The notes: generated by a model not told the origin, from the sequence alone. A stretch of DNA of 64,000 nucleotides from an uncultured Gemmatimonadales bacterium (GCA_963828735.1 CAWHFW010000002.1:896001-960000); one strand, 5' to 3'; shown: positions 19,286-30,737, counted from the first letter of the stretch. Numbers and translations are program-made.

Positions 19286-19702
19286 ATGTCGAGAGGTCAA
19301 CTCATGGCAGCTATCGCGGCGCTGGCGGTCTGCGCCACGGCGCCGCGCCTGGCCGCGCAAGATACATCCTCAACCAGGCGGGCTCGGCCCGACACAGCGG
19401 GGTACGGCAGGGGCGCCGGGGTGGATACCAGCGCGCGCCCAGGACGCGTCGGCGCCATCGATACCACGATGGCCCCCATGGACAGCCTTCGCACGGGCCG
19501 GGATTCGCTGGGCGCCGGCGGCGGCGCAGGTGACACAAGCGGCGTGGGAGGCCGGCAACCGGACTCGGCCAGGCCAGGCGACCGCGCGAGCCCGCGCGCC
19601 GGAACGGGCGCGATGGATTCGGCCAGCGTCGCCAAGCCCACCAAGCAGGCCGAGCAGAGCACCTCCCGAACTGGCGACTCCGCGGGCACCGGCTCGCCAT
19701 AA
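19286..19702 (+). CDS. Low-complexity secreted protein (DTS/DS-rich)
   Basis: GGAGG RBS; signal peptide ending LAAQ; disordered composition; followed by a hairpin. Confidence 0.65.
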   Translation: MSRGQLMAAIAALAVCATAPRLAAQDTSSTRRARPDTAGYGRGAGVDTSARPGRVGAIDTTMAPMDSLRTGRDSLGAGGGAGDTSGVGGRQPDSARPGDRASPRAGTGAMDSASVAKPTKQAEQSTSRTGDSAGTGSP

Positions 19703-19727
19703 TCGGCCGGCCGGTTCCCAGACGTAG

Positions 19728-19761
19728 CGAAGGGGGCATGCGATGCGGCATGCCCCCTTCG
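19728..19761. terminator. Hairpin between convergent genes (probably a bidirectional terminator)
   Basis: CGAAGGGGGCATGC-GATGCG-GCATGCCCCCTTCG, perfect 14-bp stem. Confidence 0.75.
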
Positions 19762-19792
19762 TCGTCTGCGCTCCGTGCGAGTGCGAGCGGAC

Positions 19793-20905
19793 CTACGGCG
19801 TGCTGTCGCGAGCGGCGTGCAGCGTGTCCACGGTCGACAGCGTGTCGCCGAGGGCGCCGGCCAGACGCACGTAGGCGCTGTCCCCGGTGACACCCTTCAT
19901 AAGCGTATCGAGCGTCGCGACGCTGACCCGAATGTCCTGGTTGTGTTGGTCGAACCAGCGGTCGAACAGGTCGAGCCTGGTGCGGTAGAGCCGCGCACCG
20001 ACGAGGCGGGCGTTGTTGACCGGACGCTCCGGCACCCGGCCGATCGTGATCGTGCGAAGCCGCGCCGCCACCGGGCCCTGCAGCTCCTCGCGTGCCCAGG
20101 CGCCCGCATCCGCGCGACCCTGTTCCAGAGCAGCCGAATCGGGGCGCGAGCCGTAGAGCGTCTGGAGCCGGCCGACGAGCGCCGAGTAGAACTCGCCGAG
20201 CACGATCTCGTCGTGCCAGCGGTCGGCGGCGCGCCGCGCGAGCACTGTGTCGCCCTGGTCACGAAAGAATGCCTGCGCGGAGTGGTAGCCGACGAACTGG
20301 GCGTAGCTCTCGTTGAACGGCGTCGCGCTCTTCACGTAGAGCGTGTTGTGCGCGATCTCGTGAAACACGGTCGCGGCGAGCTCGACGGAGTCGCCTGTGA
20401 GCGCGGTCGAGAGCAGCGGGTCGTTGAACCATCCCAGCGTCGAGAACGCCGAGGACGGTCGCAGGTAGATGTCGTAGCCGGCGCCGGCCAGGCGATCGGC
20501 CTCGCGCCGGGCGGCGTCGAGGTCGAAGAAGCCCTTGTAGGGGATCCGGCCGACGATCGGGTACTTCCAGGTGTGCGGACAGATGCAGTTGCGCGGCGAG
20601 GCCTGCAGCACGAGGAGCAGCGTGTCGCGGCCCACGTCCGCGTAGGTCGTGTACGTCTCCTTGGCCTCGAGCCCGAGCCGTGCGGCGTAATCGCGACTCG
20701 CCACCACGAGGCCCAGCGCGCTTCGAAGGGATGGATCGGTCCCGGGGTCGGCGGCGAGGTCGGCGATCGGCTGCCGCGACTGCAGGATGCTGGTTTCCTC
20801 GAGGCCCGCGCGCGTCAGGTAACGCACGTCGTCGCTCGCGAGATAGGCGGTCCCATACCCCGCGAAGATCGCGGCGACCACCACGAGGAAGAACATGCGC
20901 TTCAC
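19793..20905 (-). CDS. Putative zinc aminopeptidase (Aminopep/DUF2265 family)
   Basis: YPIVGRIPYKGFF, AFSTLGWFNDP, FHEIAH, FNESYAQFV, NNARL. Confidence 0.88.
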   Translation of the reverse strand: MKRMFFLVVVAAIFAGYGTAYLASDDVRYLTRAGLEETSILQSRQPIADLAADPGTDPSLRSALGLVVASRDYAARLGLEAKETYTTYADVGRDTLLLVLQASPRNCICPHTWKYPIVGRIPYKGFFDLDAARREADRLAGAGYDIYLRPSSAFSTLGWFNDPLLSTALTGDSVELAATVFHEIAHNTLYVKSATPFNESYAQFVGYHSAQAFFRDQGDTVLARRAADRWHDEIVLGEFYSALVGRLQTLYGSRPDSAALEQGRADAGAWAREELQGPVAARLRTITIGRVPERPVNNARLVGARLYRTRLDLFDRWFDQHNQDIRVSVATLDTLMKGVTGDSAYVRLAGALGDTLSTVDTLHAARDSTP

Positions 20906-22578
20906 CGAATCCGGACGAGGCCGACGAACGGCGCGGACGACCCCGGAATGGCCGTGGTACCGTCCGAGCCCGTCAAGGTCAGGGTCACCGGGGGCGCACT
21001 CGCATCCTGGTCCACGAGGAGGTGACGCCCGGAGCCCGCGAGCAGCGTGCCGGTCTCGCTGTAGGCGCCGTTCGTGGCGACAGGCGGCTCGAGCGGCGCG
21101 GCACGAGGAAACAGGCCGGGCGCCTGGGCGTGGAGCGACGCGTAGGTGGCGCGGAAATTCCACGAGGTGTATTGCAGGAGCGGATCGGCCGGCGTGAAGC
21201 CGGGCAGATCATCGAGGTAGTTGGCGAGCTGCCAGTTCATCACGAGCGAGCCGAATTGGGCGCTCGTGGCGTTGGCCACGTTGCTCGCGCCGGTGTGGTC
21301 GCTGCCGTCGAGCTTCCGGGTCAGGTCGGTGCCGATGACGGGCGTCGTCGCGTAGTGGTCCATGAGCCAACGCACGAACAGCCACCCCGAGCCGTACTCC
21401 TCGAGCGGCAGGGGCACCCGGTCCGGCCCGATGAGATAGTTGGAGATCGGATCGCTCAGGTAGCGCGACGCGTTGTCCAGGTTGATCAGGCTGAATTGGG
21501 TCAGGCAGTCGGTGTTGGTGCACAGCGCGTCGGGCACGAGTCGCCCGCCCAGTTCCTCCGCGAAGGAGGACAGGCCTTCGTTGAGCCAGGTCTGCTCGGG
21601 GTTCCCGCCGTGGACCAGCACGTGCTGGTTGTAGCTGATCATGTGCTGAAACTCGTGGATCATCACCGGTGGGAGCGAGGAGCGAGCGTCCTGCACGTCA
21701 ATGTTGCAGCTCGCGTCCGGCACGAGGCCGTAGAAGATCTCGCCGGCGTTCGAGCCGACATGCGCCGGCGACAGGTCGAACGGCAGGAAGAAGCCGACGA
21801 CGACCGAGCCACCGCTGCACGAAATGAGCTTCGTCACCCGATCGGTGAGTAGGATCAGCACGAGGCCGTTCTGGTCGATGTCGGACTCGCGACCGAACGC
21901 CGTGGTATCGATCGGATAGAGATGGGCATCGAACATCGAGCCGATCGCCTGGAGATCGGCATCCGAGTATGTCGGGGCGGGCGCCGCATCATCCAGGTAC
22001 ACCGCGCTGGTCGTGCTGACGTACCGCACCGTGGCGGTGACCTGCACGTAATCCGAAGGCTTGGTGCCGGTGGCCGTACCGCTCTCCAGGACGTTGAAGG
22101 TCCGCTTCTCCCCGATCGTCGGCGGCGCAGCCATCACACTGGCCTGCGCGGGCGGCGTGATCCGGGCCGCGGCGGCCTCCCGCGCGGCGGACCGCTCCAT
22201 GTCGCGAAGTCTCGCGTGGAACGCGCGGGCCGGGGCCGCCTGCCGGAACGACGCGAGTGGTCGAGCGGGCGTGCTCCGCGCCGCGGTGAGCCCGCCGCCG
22301 GCGCCCGTCAGATGGAACGGCGCCGACGTGCCTTGCTCGCTGAAGGTAGCCTCGGTAATTCCGGCAAAGTACAGGTACTCCGCGCCGGCCGATCCCGCCG
22401 CCGGAAGCTCGACGCACCCCTGGGTCGCCGCATCGATGATCGTGCCCTGCCCGGGCGACAGGGTGGTCGGCCCGGCCGCGGCGCAATCCACGGGGGTCGG
22501 CTGTTCGGGATCGCTCCCGCAGGCCACCAGGAGGGTGATACCGAGGAGAAGCGCCCTACGAGAGTCGAACGGGATCAC
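20902..22578 (-). CDS. Lipoprotein zinc metallopeptidase (M30-like neutral protease)
   Basis: Lipobox LVAC; FGRESDIDQNG, SNAGEIFY, HEFQHMI, WLNEGLS; start approximate. Confidence 0.8.
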   Translation of the reverse strand: MIPFDSRRALLLGITLLVACGSDPEQPTPVDCAAAGPTTLSPGQGTIIDAATQGCVELPAAGSAGAEYLYFAGITEATFSEQGTSAPFHLTGAGGGLTAARSTPARPLASFRQAAPARAFHARLRDMERSAAREAAAARITPPAQASVMAAPPTIGEKRTFNVLESGTATGTKPSDYVQVTATVRYVSTTSAVYLDDAAPAPTYSDADLQAIGSMFDAHLYPIDTTAFGRESDIDQNGLVLILLTDRVTKLISCSGGSVVVGFFLPFDLSPAHVGSNAGEIFYGLVPDASCNIDVQDARSSLPPVMIHEFQHMISYNQHVLVHGGNPEQTWLNEGLSSFAEELGGRLVPDALCTNTDCLTQFSLINLDNASRYLSDPISNYLIGPDRVPLPLEEYGSGWLFVRWLMDHYATTPVIGTDLTRKLDGSDHTGASNVANATSAQFGSLVMNWQLANYLDDLPGFTPADPLLQYTSWNFRATYASLHAQAPGLFPRAAPLEPPVATNGAYSETGTLLAGSGRHLLVDQDASAPPVTLTLTGSDGTTAIPGSSAPFVGLVRIR

Positions 22579-22635
22579 GGACGGGAGCTCCGGACGGGCA
22601 CGTGGAAGGGGGATGGATCGGAGCAAGATAAGGAG

Positions 22636-22676
22636 CCACAAAGGCTTTTGACAATCATTTGTGGTCCCGGTACCTT
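22636..22676 (+). promoter_or_regulatory. sigma70 promoter of hisIE-dnaE-accA, with an inverted repeat around the -35
   Basis: TTGACA(22648)-N17-TACCTT(22671); CCACAAA (22636) / TTTGTGG (22658) inverted repeat. Confidence 0.65.
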
Positions 22677-22682
22677 CTGGCG

Positions 22683-23345
22683 GTGTCCGACGACAGCTGG
22701 CTGGCCGGGGTCCGATTCGGAACGGACGGACTGGTGCCGGTGGTGGCCCAGGAGAGCCGTTCCGGCGACGTCCTGATGGTCGCCTATGCCAACCGTGAGG
22801 CGCTGGAGCGCACGGCGGCGACGGGGCGGGCGCATTACTTCAGCCGATCACGCAAGACCCTTTGGCGCAAGGGTGAGACGTCCGGCCACGAGCAGGTGAT
22901 CCGGGAGATCCGGATCGATTGCGACGGAGACGCGATCCTGTATCGCGTGGAGCAGGTCGGTCCCGCGTGCCACACCGGCAGCCGCACCTGCTTCTCGACC
23001 GCGGTGGGTTCGGACGGCCGCTCCTCCGCCGGTGAGGATCCCGGCGCCCATCTGTTGGGCCGGCTCGCGGCGACCATCGCCTCCCGAGCAGGGCAACGTC
23101 CCGCCGGCTCGTACACCGTTGAGTTGCTTGACCGCGGGGTGTCCCGGATCTCGCAGAAGGTGGGCGAGGAAGCGGTCGAAGTCGTCGTGGCGGCGACTGC
23201 GGAGGAGCCCGAGCGTCTCGCGTCCGAGGCGGCCGATCTCCTCTATCATCTTCTGGTGCTGCTGCAGGCTCGCGGTGTCCCGCTGGACGCCGTCTGGGGC
23301 GAGCTGGCGCGCAGGGAGTCACACGGCGGCAAAGGCGAATCGTAG
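22683..23345 (+). CDS. hisIE: Bifunctional phosphoribosyl-AMP cyclohydrolase / phosphoribosyl-ATP pyrophosphatase
   Basis: [39 protein letters not shown]. Confidence 0.95.
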   Translation: MSDDSWLAGVRFGTDGLVPVVAQESRSGDVLMVAYANREALERTAATGRAHYFSRSRKTLWRKGETSGHEQVIREIRIDCDGDAILYRVEQVGPACHTGSRTCFSTAVGSDGRSSAGEDPGAHLLGRLAATIASRAGQRPAGSYTVELLDRGVSRISQKVGEEAVEVVVAATAEEPERLASEAADLLYHLLVLLQARGVPLDAVWGELARRESHGGKGES

Positions 23346-23388
23346 GAGGTAGCCCACGACCTACGAGCGCCGACGTCCGACCGCACCT

Positions 23389-26300
23389 ATGTCCTTCGTT
23401 CATCTCCACACTCACAGCGAATACTCGTTGCTCGACGGGGCCAGCCAGATCCCTGATCTCGTCGCGCACGTCAAGAAGCTCGGCATGGACAGCCTGGCCG
23501 TCACCGACCACGGCAACATGCACGCGGCCTGGTCCTTCTACGAGGAGGCCAAGGCCCAGAAGCTCCGGCCCATCCTCGGCTTCGAGGCCTACCTCGCGTT
23601 CGGGCCGCGCCAGGCGCGCGAGAAGCCCGCCAACGCCCCCGCGGCCTATAGCCACCTCGTCCTGCTCGCGAAGAATCGGGCGGGATACAAGAATCTCGTG
23701 CGCCTGACGTCGATCGGGTTCACCGAGGGGTTCTACCGGCGGCCGCGGATCGACAGGGAGTCCCTGGAGCGGTACAGCGAGGGGGTGGTCTGCCTGGCCG
23801 CGTGCCTCTCGGGCGAGGTGTCGTTGCACCTGCGGCAGGGCAGATACGAGGAGGCGAAACGCACCGCCGAGTGGTTCTCGCGGGTCTTCGGCCCCGACGG
23901 CTTCTGGCTCGAGGTTCAGCACCACGGGATCGCGGAGGAGCGGCTGGTTACCGAAGGCATGCTGCGGCTCGGGCAGGAGCTGGGCGTGGGCGTGGTGGCG
24001 ACCAACGACGCCCACTACCTGCGCCGCGAGGATGCCGAGTCGCACGACGTGCTCCTCGCGATCGGCACGGGGAGCGATCTCGACGACCCGAAGCGGTTCC
24101 GCTTCACCGGTGAGGAATCGTACGTCAAGTCCGAAAAGGAGATGAAGGCCCTTTTTCCGGACCATCCCGAAGTGCTGGCCAACACGCAGATCGTCGCGAA
24201 TCTCTGCGAGTTCGACTTCGAGAAGCGCTACTTCCTGCCCGGGTTCCCCCGCCCCGCTGGGTACTCGACCGACGAAGCGCTGTTGGGCGACCTCGCCCGC
24301 CGGGGGGCGGAGCACCGCTACGGGACGCCGCTGCCCCCCGCGGTGGAAGAACGGCTGGCGTACGAGCTCGGCGTGATCACCACCGCCGGCTACGCGGGTT
24401 ACTTCCTCATCGTGCAGGACTTCATCGCGGCCGCCCGCGAGCGCGGGATCCCCGTGGGCCCGGGCCGCGGATCGGCGGCGGGCTCGATCGTAGCCTACGC
24501 GCTCGGCATCACCAACGTCTGCCCGCTCAGGTTCGACCTCCTGTTCGAGCGCTTCCTGAACCCCGAGCGCGTGTCGATGCCCGACATCGACGTGGACTTC
24601 TGCTTCGAGCGGCGGGGCGAGGTCATCGAATACGTGCGGCAGCGCTACGGCCGGAGCAGCGTGGGCCAGATCGTCACGTTCGGCACCATGAAGGCGCGCG
24701 CCGCCGTGAAGGACGTGGCGCGCGTGCTTCGGATTCCGCCGGGAGAAGCCGATCGACTCACGAAGCTGATCCCCTCGGGCCCGGCGTACAGCCTGACGAT
24801 CCCCGAGGCCGAGAAGAAGGTCGACGAGCTCCGCGACCTGGTGAAGGGCAATCCGGGATACCGACGGCTTCTGGACCTGAGCTCGAGGATCGAGGGCATC
24901 TCGCGCCACATGTCGGTGCACGCGGCGGGCGTCGTCATCGCGCCGGGGCCGCTGGCGGAGTACGTGCCGGTGTGCACCGCCCCCACGCGGGGCGCCGGCG
25001 CCGCCGCGGACGGCGAAGAGTCCATCATCACGCAGTACGAGATGGGCGCGCTCGAGAAGGTCGGCATGCTCAAGATGGACATGCTCGGCCTCAAGACGCT
25101 CACGGTCATCCACGACGCCGGCCTGATGATCGCCGCGCGGACGGGCGTGGACGTGGACATGGACACGCTGCCGTTCGACGATCCCAAGGTCTACGAGCTG
25201 CTCCGGCACGGTCGCACCGCCGGCGTGTTCCAGTTCGAGTCCCCGCTCGCGACCGACACGCTCCGCGCGATGAAGTGCGACCGGTTCGACGACCTCGTCG
25301 CCTCGAACGCCCTCCTCCGGCCCGGCCCGCTCGACGCCGGCATGCATACCGTGTTCATCCGCCGGAAGCTCGGCCTGGAGAAGGTCACCTACCCGCATCC
25401 GTCGCTGCAGGAGGTGCTCGAGCCCACCTACGGCGTCATCACCTATCAGGAACAGGTGATGCGAATCGCCAACGTCCTCGCCGGCTTCACGCTGGCCGAA
25501 GCCGACGTGCTCCGGAAGGCGGTGGGCAAGAAGGATGCGGACCTCATCAAGAAGGAGCTGGGCAAGTTCTGCGAGCGGGCGATGGCGCTGGGCCATCCCA
25601 AACGGCTCGTGGACGACCTGGCCGCGCAGATCGAGACGTTCGGCCGGTACGGCTTCAACAAATCGCACTCGGTCGCCTACTCCGTCCTCTCGTACCAGAC
25701 GGCGTGGCTCAAGGCCCACTACCCCGCCGAGTTCATGGCGGCGCTGCTGTCGTCGGAAATCGGCAATACCGACAAGGTGGTGCAGTACATCAACGAGGCG
25801 CGCGAGCTCGATCTCGAGGTGTTGCCCCCGGACGTGAACGAGTCGGGGTTCAAGTTCACGGTGGTCGGCGACCACCGCATTCGCTTCGGCCTGGGCGCCA
25901 TCCGGAACGTCGGCTGGGGAGCCATCGAGAGCATCATCGCGGCCCGCCAGGACGCGGCGTTCACCACGCTGGCCGACTTCGTCGAGCGCATCGACCTGCG
26001 GCTCTGCAACAAGCGGGTGCTCGAGTCGCTCATCGTGGCCGGCGCCTGCGATGGACTGGGCGGGCACCGGAAGCAGCTGTGCGAGGCGCTCGACGCCGTG
26101 CTCGGCGAGGCCCAGCTGCTCCAGGCGGAGCAGGAGGCCGGCCAGGCCTCGCTGTTCGGCGAGAGCACGACGCCGCGGCCGCGGCGCATCGACCTGCCCG
26201 ACGTGCCGCCCTGGACCGAGGCCGAGCGGCTGGTGAAGGAAAAGGAGGTGCTCGGCTTCTTCATCTCGGGCCATCCCCTGGAACGCTTCCGTTCGGAAGT

Positions 26301-26868
26301 CGAGCTGTTCGGCACGCGGACGACGGCCACGCTCGGCGAGTGGAGCGAGCATCAGGTGACCGTCGCGGCGGTCGTCACCGGCGTGAAGCGCCAGATCTCG
26401 AAGAAGACGGGCAAGGAATACGCGCGGCTCGTCGTGGAGGATTTCCACGGAACCGCCGAGGCCATCGTCTTCCCGGACGCCTGGGCCAAGCTCAACGGCA
26501 CGATCGTGCCCGACGCCGCGTTGCTGCTCACCGGCGGCTACAGCGATCGGGATCGCGGCGAGGACCACGCGCCCTTCATCGTGGAGGCCGCGCGCGCGCT
26601 CGACGAGCTCAAGACGTCGGGCGCGGTGGCGCTGAGCCTGCGCTGGCGTTCGCCGTCGGCCCCCGAGCCGGAGGCGCTGCGGGCCGCGGCGGCGCTCTGC
26701 TCCGCCCATCCCGGTCCCACGCCCCTGTATATTGAGTGGAGCGACGGGAACGGGGAGTCGGTCCGGCTCCGGTCCCGTCGCGTCCGCGTCGCGGCGGAGG
26801 AGGATCTCGTACGGGCCCTGCGCGATCTCCTCGGCGCCGATTCCGTCCACTACATCAAGGCGGGTTGA
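23389..26868 (+). CDS. dnaE: DNA polymerase III alpha subunit
   Basis: [18 protein letters not shown] domain, [25 protein letters not shown] fold; no intein. Confidence 0.98.
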   Translation: MSFVHLHTHSEYSLLDGASQIPDLVAHVKKLGMDSLAVTDHGNMHAAWSFYEEAKAQKLRPILGFEAYLAFGPRQAREKPANAPAAYSHLVLLAKNRAGYKNLVRLTSIGFTEGFYRRPRIDRESLERYSEGVVCLAACLSGEVSLHLRQGRYEEAKRTAEWFSRVFGPDGFWLEVQHHGIAEERLVTEGMLRLGQELGVGVVATNDAHYLRREDAESHDVLLAIGTGSDLDDPKRFRFTGEESYVKSEKEMKALFPDHPEVLANTQIVANLCEFDFEKRYFLPGFPRPAGYSTDEALLGDLARRGAEHRYGTPLPPAVEERLAYELGVITTAGYAGYFLIVQDFIAAARERGIPVGPGRGSAAGSIVAYALGITNVCPLRFDLLFERFLNPERVSMPDIDVDFCFERRGEVIEYVRQRYGRSSVGQIVTFGTMKARAAVKDVARVLRIPPGEADRLTKLIPSGPAYSLTIPEAEKKVDELRDLVKGNPGYRRLLDLSSRIEGISRHMSVHAAGVVIAPGPLAEYVPVCTAPTRGAGAAADGEESIITQYEMGALEKVGMLKMDMLGLKTLTVIHDAGLMIAARTGVDVDMDTLPFDDPKVYELLRHGRTAGVFQFESPLATDTLRAMKCDRFDDLVASNALLRPGPLDAGMHTVFIRRKLGLEKVTYPHPSLQEVLEPTYGVITYQEQVMRIANVLAGFTLAEADVLRKAVGKKDADLIKKELGKFCERAMALGHPKRLVDDLAAQIETFGRYGFNKSHSVAYSVLSYQTAWLKAHYPAEFMAALLSSEIGNTDKVVQYINEARELDLEVLPPDVNESGFKFTVVGDHRIRFGLGAIRNVGWGAIESIIAARQDAAFTTLADFVERIDLRLCNKRVLESLIVAGACDGLGGHRKQLCEALDAVLGEAQLLQAEQEAGQASLFGESTTPRPRRIDLPDVPPWTEAERLVKEKEVLGFFISGHPLERFRSEVELFGTRTTATLGEWSEHQVTVAAVVTGVKRQISKKTGKEYARLVVEDFHGTAEAIVFPDAWAKLNGTIVPDAALLLTGGYSDRDRGEDHAPFIVEAARALDELKTSGAVALSLRWRSPSAPEPEALRAAAALCSAHPGPTPLYIEWSDGNGESVRLRSRRVRVAAEEDLVRALRDLLGADSVHYIKAG

Positions 26869-26873
26869 TCCCG

Positions 26874-27839
26874 ATGCCCTCAGCGTATTCGCTGGACTTC
26901 GAGAAGCCGCTGCAGGAGCTGGAGCGGCAGATCGAAGATCTGAAGCGGATCGGCACCGAACGGCAGATCGATATCGACGGCGAGCTCGAGGGCCTCCAGG
27001 GCAAGCTCGAGTCGCTCCGGGCGGACATCTATCGAAATCTCACGCCCATCCAGCGGGTCATGGTCGCCCGCCACCCCCGCCGCCCCTACACCCTCGATTA
27101 CCTCAGCACGATCTTCACCGACTTCATCGAACTGCACGGCGACCGCCTGTACCTGGACGACCTCGCGATCGTCGGCGGATGGGCGCGCCTCGCCGGCATC
27201 TCGGTGATGGTCATCGGGCATCAGAAGGGCCGGGACACGAAGGAGAACCTGAAGCGCAACTTCGGCATGCCACATCCCGAGGGCTACCGCAAGGCGCTTC
27301 GACTCATGAAGCTCGGCGCGAAGTTCAACGCGCCCGTCATCACGCTCATCGATACGCCGGGCGCCTACCCCGGCCTGGGAGCCGAGGAGCGCGGCCAGTC
27401 GGAGGCACTGGCGCGCAACATCCTCGAGATGTCGGCCCTGCCCACACCCGCCGTCGCCGTGGTCATCGGCGAGGGCGGCTCGGGCGGCGCGCTCGCGCTC
27501 GGCGTCGCCGACCGGATCCTCATGCTGGAGAACTCGGTGTATTCGGTGATTTCGCCCGAGGGCTGCGCCGCCATCCTGTGGAAGGACGCGAGCCAGCGCG
27601 AGCGCGCCGCCGAAGCGCTCAAGCTCACGGCCGAGGATCTCCTGCGGCTCAAGGTCATCGACGAGATCGTCAAGGAGCCCGTCGGGGGCGCCCACATCGA
27701 CCCCGATGCCACCGGCGAGGCGCTCCGCGAAGCCCTGATCCGGCACGTCACCGAGCTCCGGAAGCTGCGACCGGAGAAGTTGGTCCGCCGCCGCGCCGAG
27801 AAGTACGCGGCCATGGGCGCCTACACCGAGGCCGGATGA
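26874..27839 (+). CDS. accA: Acetyl-CoA carboxylase carboxyltransferase alpha
   Basis: [45 protein letters not shown]. Confidence 0.97.
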   Translation: MPSAYSLDFEKPLQELERQIEDLKRIGTERQIDIDGELEGLQGKLESLRADIYRNLTPIQRVMVARHPRRPYTLDYLSTIFTDFIELHGDRLYLDDLAIVGGWARLAGISVMVIGHQKGRDTKENLKRNFGMPHPEGYRKALRLMKLGAKFNAPVITLIDTPGAYPGLGAEERGQSEALARNILEMSALPTPAVAVVIGEGGSGGALALGVADRILMLENSVYSVISPEGCAAILWKDASQRERAAEALKLTAEDLLRLKVIDEIVKEPVGGAHIDPDATGEALREALIRHVTELRKLRPEKLVRRRAEKYAAMGAYTEAG

Positions 27840-29053
27840 GCCAAACGGTCGAGGTCCGCTTCAAGGGCACGCGGAAGGCGTATTTCGTCTGGTCGGACCC
27901 CGAGACGCCGCTGCGCGTCGGCGAGGCGGTCCTGGTCGAGGCCGAGCGCGGCCGCGACCTCGGCCGGATCACCGCGGTGGGTGACGTCGCCGCGAAGAAG
28001 TGCGGTGGTGGCTGCACGGGGTGCGCGGTCGGCGGCGAAGCCACCAGCGCGGAGCCTGCGCCGCCCAAGCCGGTCGTCCGGCGCGCCACACGCGACGACG
28101 TGCGCGTGTACGACGAGAATCGTCGCTCCGAGGACGACGCCCGCCGGAAGGTGATCGAGCGCGTGCGCACGCACGACCTGGTGATGAAGGTGAGCGACAC
28201 CGAATGGCAGTGGGATCGGAACAAGCTCACCATCTACTTCACCGCGGAGAAGCGCGTCGACTTCCGCGCCCTCGTCCGGGACCTCGCCTCGCTGTTCCGC
28301 ACCCGCATCGAGCTCCGGCAGATCGGCGTCCGCGACGAGGCCGCGCGGCTGTCTGGTGTCGGACGCTGCGGCCGCGAGTACTGCTGCTCGTCGTGGCTCA
28401 AGGAGCTTTCGCCGGTCAACCTGGGGCTCGCCAAGGACCAGCATCTCTCCCTCAACCCCAGCCAGATCTCGGGGGGATGCGGTCGCCTGCTCTGCTGCCT
28501 CAAGTACGAGCACGAGTTCTACGTCACCGCCCGCCGGCGCTTCCCCAAGGAGGGAAAGACCCTCTCGACCGCGCGGGGCCCCGAGCGCGTCGTCGCGGTG
28601 GACATCTTCCGCGAGCGGGTGTTCCTCCGGAGCGAGGAGCATGGACCACGTATCATCCCCCTCGTGCAGCTGCGCGAAGAGGTCGAGGCCCTGGGTGAAG
28701 TGCTGATGACCGCCGAGACCCGGGGTCGCATGGCGGCGGCCGAGGCGCCGCGGGCGAAAGCGTCGCCGTCCGAACCGGACGCGGTCGTCGGCGGGTTGCC
28801 CGACGAAGGACCGGACATCGGCGGGAGCGGCGTCAATGCCGACACGGTCGCGCCGGACGTCCCGGCAGGACCGGTGGCTGGCCGGCCGCATCGCCGGCGC
28901 CGCCGGCGACACCGTGGCGGGGGAGCCGGCGGAAGCGGAGGCCCGGACCCCGGCGGCCCTAGCGGCGGCGGCCCTGACGGCGGCGGCCCGGCGGGGGGCG
29001 GACCGGGAGGCGGCCCTTCCAACGGCGCGCCTGGCGGCGGCGGACCGGGTTAG
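27836..29053 (+). CDS. ricT: PSP1/RicT (YaaT) family Fe-S regulatory protein with Gly/Pro-rich tail
   Basis: [49 protein letters not shown]. Confidence 0.9.
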   Translation: MSQTVEVRFKGTRKAYFVWSDPETPLRVGEAVLVEAERGRDLGRITAVGDVAAKKCGGGCTGCAVGGEATSAEPAPPKPVVRRATRDDVRVYDENRRSEDDARRKVIERVRTHDLVMKVSDTEWQWDRNKLTIYFTAEKRVDFRALVRDLASLFRTRIELRQIGVRDEAARLSGVGRCGREYCCSSWLKELSPVNLGLAKDQHLSLNPSQISGGCGRLLCCLKYEHEFYVTARRRFPKEGKTLSTARGPERVVAVDIFRERVFLRSEEHGPRIIPLVQLREEVEALGEVLMTAETRGRMAAAEAPRAKASPSEPDAVVGGLPDEGPDIGGSGVNADTVAPDVPAGPVAGRPHRRRRRRHRGGGAGGSGGPDPGGPSGGGPDGGGPAGGGPGGGPSNGAPGGGGPG

Positions 29054-29094
29054 ATTCCGGACGCCGGGACCGAGGGTGCGCTTGGGCGACCGAG

Positions 29095-29175
29095 CCATCC
29101 GGAAATGACAAACGAGGGATCTTCTCTGCCGGGATCGCGTCCGGGCGAGTGGATCCCTCGCTTCGCTCGGGTAAC
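29095..29175. repeat. Degenerate REP-like palindrome
   Basis: CGAGGGATC (29113) / GATCCCTCG (29152) stem followed by CTTCGCTCGGGT. Confidence 0.45.
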
Positions 29176-29222
29176 CGTGTGCCGGCCAGCCGGCTCAGGC
29201 GAGCGACTACAAGGAGTCGTCC

Positions 29223-30737
29223 GTGCCCAAGTTCTACATCACGACCGCCATCGATTACTCGAACGGTGACCCCCACCTCGGGCATGCGCTCGAGAAGGTC
29301 GGCGCCGACTGCATCGCGCGCTACCGTCGCCTGCGCGGGAACGACGTCCACTTCCTGATGGGCATGGACGAGCACTCGCAGGCGGTGCTGCAGGCGGCCG
29401 AGCAGAACCGGCTCGAGCCGAAGGCCTGGGTTGACCGGATGGCCGCCACGTTCGAGGGGTATTGGCGACGCCTGGAGTGCAGCAACGACGACTGGATCCG
29501 CACGACCGAGCCACGGCATCACCGAGGCACGACCGCTCTGCTCGAGCAGATCGCGCGCGTGAGCCCGGACGACCTGTTTGTGGGCGAATACGAGGGGCTC
29601 TACTGCTTCGGCTGCGAGGAGTTCAAGCAGCCGACGCAGATCGTCGACGGGCACTGCATCGAGCACCCCACGCTCGAGCTCGTGCCCACCAGGGAGCGCA
29701 ACCACTTCTTCCGCCTGAGCCGATACCGTGATCGCCTCCTCACCCTGATCCGCTCGGGCGAGTTCCGGGTCGAGCCGGCGATCCGGCGGAACGAAATCGT
29801 CCGATTGCTGGAGGATGGCCTCCAGGACATCTCGGTGAGCCGGAACCGGCAGGCGTGGGGCATCCCGTTTCCCGGCGACCCCGAGCAGACCGTGTACGTC
29901 TGGTTCGACGCGCTCATCAACTACCTCTCGGCCACGGGATATCCCGAGCCGGGATACGAGCGTCTGTGGCCCGCCGACCTCCACGTCGTGGGCAAGGGCA
30001 TCACGCGCTTCCATTGCGTCATCTGGCCCGCGATGCTGCTCAGCGCCGGCGTGGCCTTGCCCCGCGAGGTCTGGGCGCACGGATACGTTCAGTGGGAGGG
30101 CACGAAGATGTCGAAGTCGGCCGGGACGGCCGTGAGCCTGGGCGAGGCGATCGAGCGCCACGGCCCCGACGCGCTTCGCTACTTCCTGCTCCGCGAGGTT
30201 GGCTTCGAGGCCGACGGCAACTTCACGTGGGACCGGTTCGACGAGCGGTACACCGCGGACCTGGCGGACGGCCTGGGGAACCTGGCGTCGCGGTCTCTGG
30301 CGATGGTGGCCAAGTACCGGACCGGCGTGGTGCCCTCCTCGACGAGCGACACCTCGCTCGACGACGCGGGGCGCAGTGCGATCGCCGCGTACGCGCGGGC
30401 CATGGATGCGCTGGACCTCCGTGGTGGCGCGGAGGCGGCCTGGGATCTGGTCGCGAAGGCAAACCTGTATATCCAGCAGGTCGCGCCCTGGGCGCTCGCC
30501 AAGGCGGGCCTGGAGGCGGAGCTCGAGGCCGCCCTGGCCGCGCTGGCCCGTGCGCTCTACCGGCTGGCCGTATTGGCCACGCCGTTCATCCCCGGCAAAG
30601 CCCAACTCCTCTGGCAATCGCTCGGGCGCGCACCAGAGGAGCTGAGGGACAGTTGGTTGCACCTCCAGGCGCCGCCGGTCGCGGGGGCAGCTACCAACAA
30701 ACCCGAGGTGTTGTTCCCCAAGCCCCAGAGTGTCTAG
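29223..30737 (+). CDS. metG: Methionyl-tRNA synthetase (short form, no C-terminal tRNA-binding domain)
   Basis: FYITTAIDY..PHLGH, CFGCE..C..H knuckle, YVWFDAL, KMSKS. Confidence 0.96.
   Translation: MPKFYITTAIDYSNGDPHLGHALEKVGADCIARYRRLRGNDVHFLMGMDEHSQAVLQAAEQNRLEPKAWVDRMAATFEGYWRRLECSNDDWIRTTEPRHHRGTTALLEQIARVSPDDLFVGEYEGLYCFGCEEFKQPTQIVDGHCIEHPTLELVPTRERNHFFRLSRYRDRLLTLIRSGEFRVEPAIRRNEIVRLLEDGLQDISVSRNRQAWGIPFPGDPEQTVYVWFDALINYLSATGYPEPGYERLWPADLHVVGKGITRFHCVIWPAMLLSAGVALPREVWAHGYVQWEGTKMSKSAGTAVSLGEAIERHGPDALRYFLLREVGFEADGNFTWDRFDERYTADLADGLGNLASRSLAMVAKYRTGVVPSSTSDTSLDDAGRSAIAAYARAMDALDLRGGAEAAWDLVAKANLYIQQVAPWALAKAGLEAELEAALAALARALYRLAVLATPFIPGKAQLLWQSLGRAPEELRDSWLHLQAPPVAGAATNKPEVLFPKPQSV

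Noticed and set aside
22840..26850. 1336-aa minus-strand ORF and many other long antisense ORFs
   Set aside because: Shadow frames of high-GC genes (dnaE, pdh, atp, metG) with no recognisable motifs
28920..29050. Tandem repeats or CRISPR-like array
   Set aside because: Coding Gly/Pro low complexity; there is no repeat-spacer periodicity and no cas gene in the window
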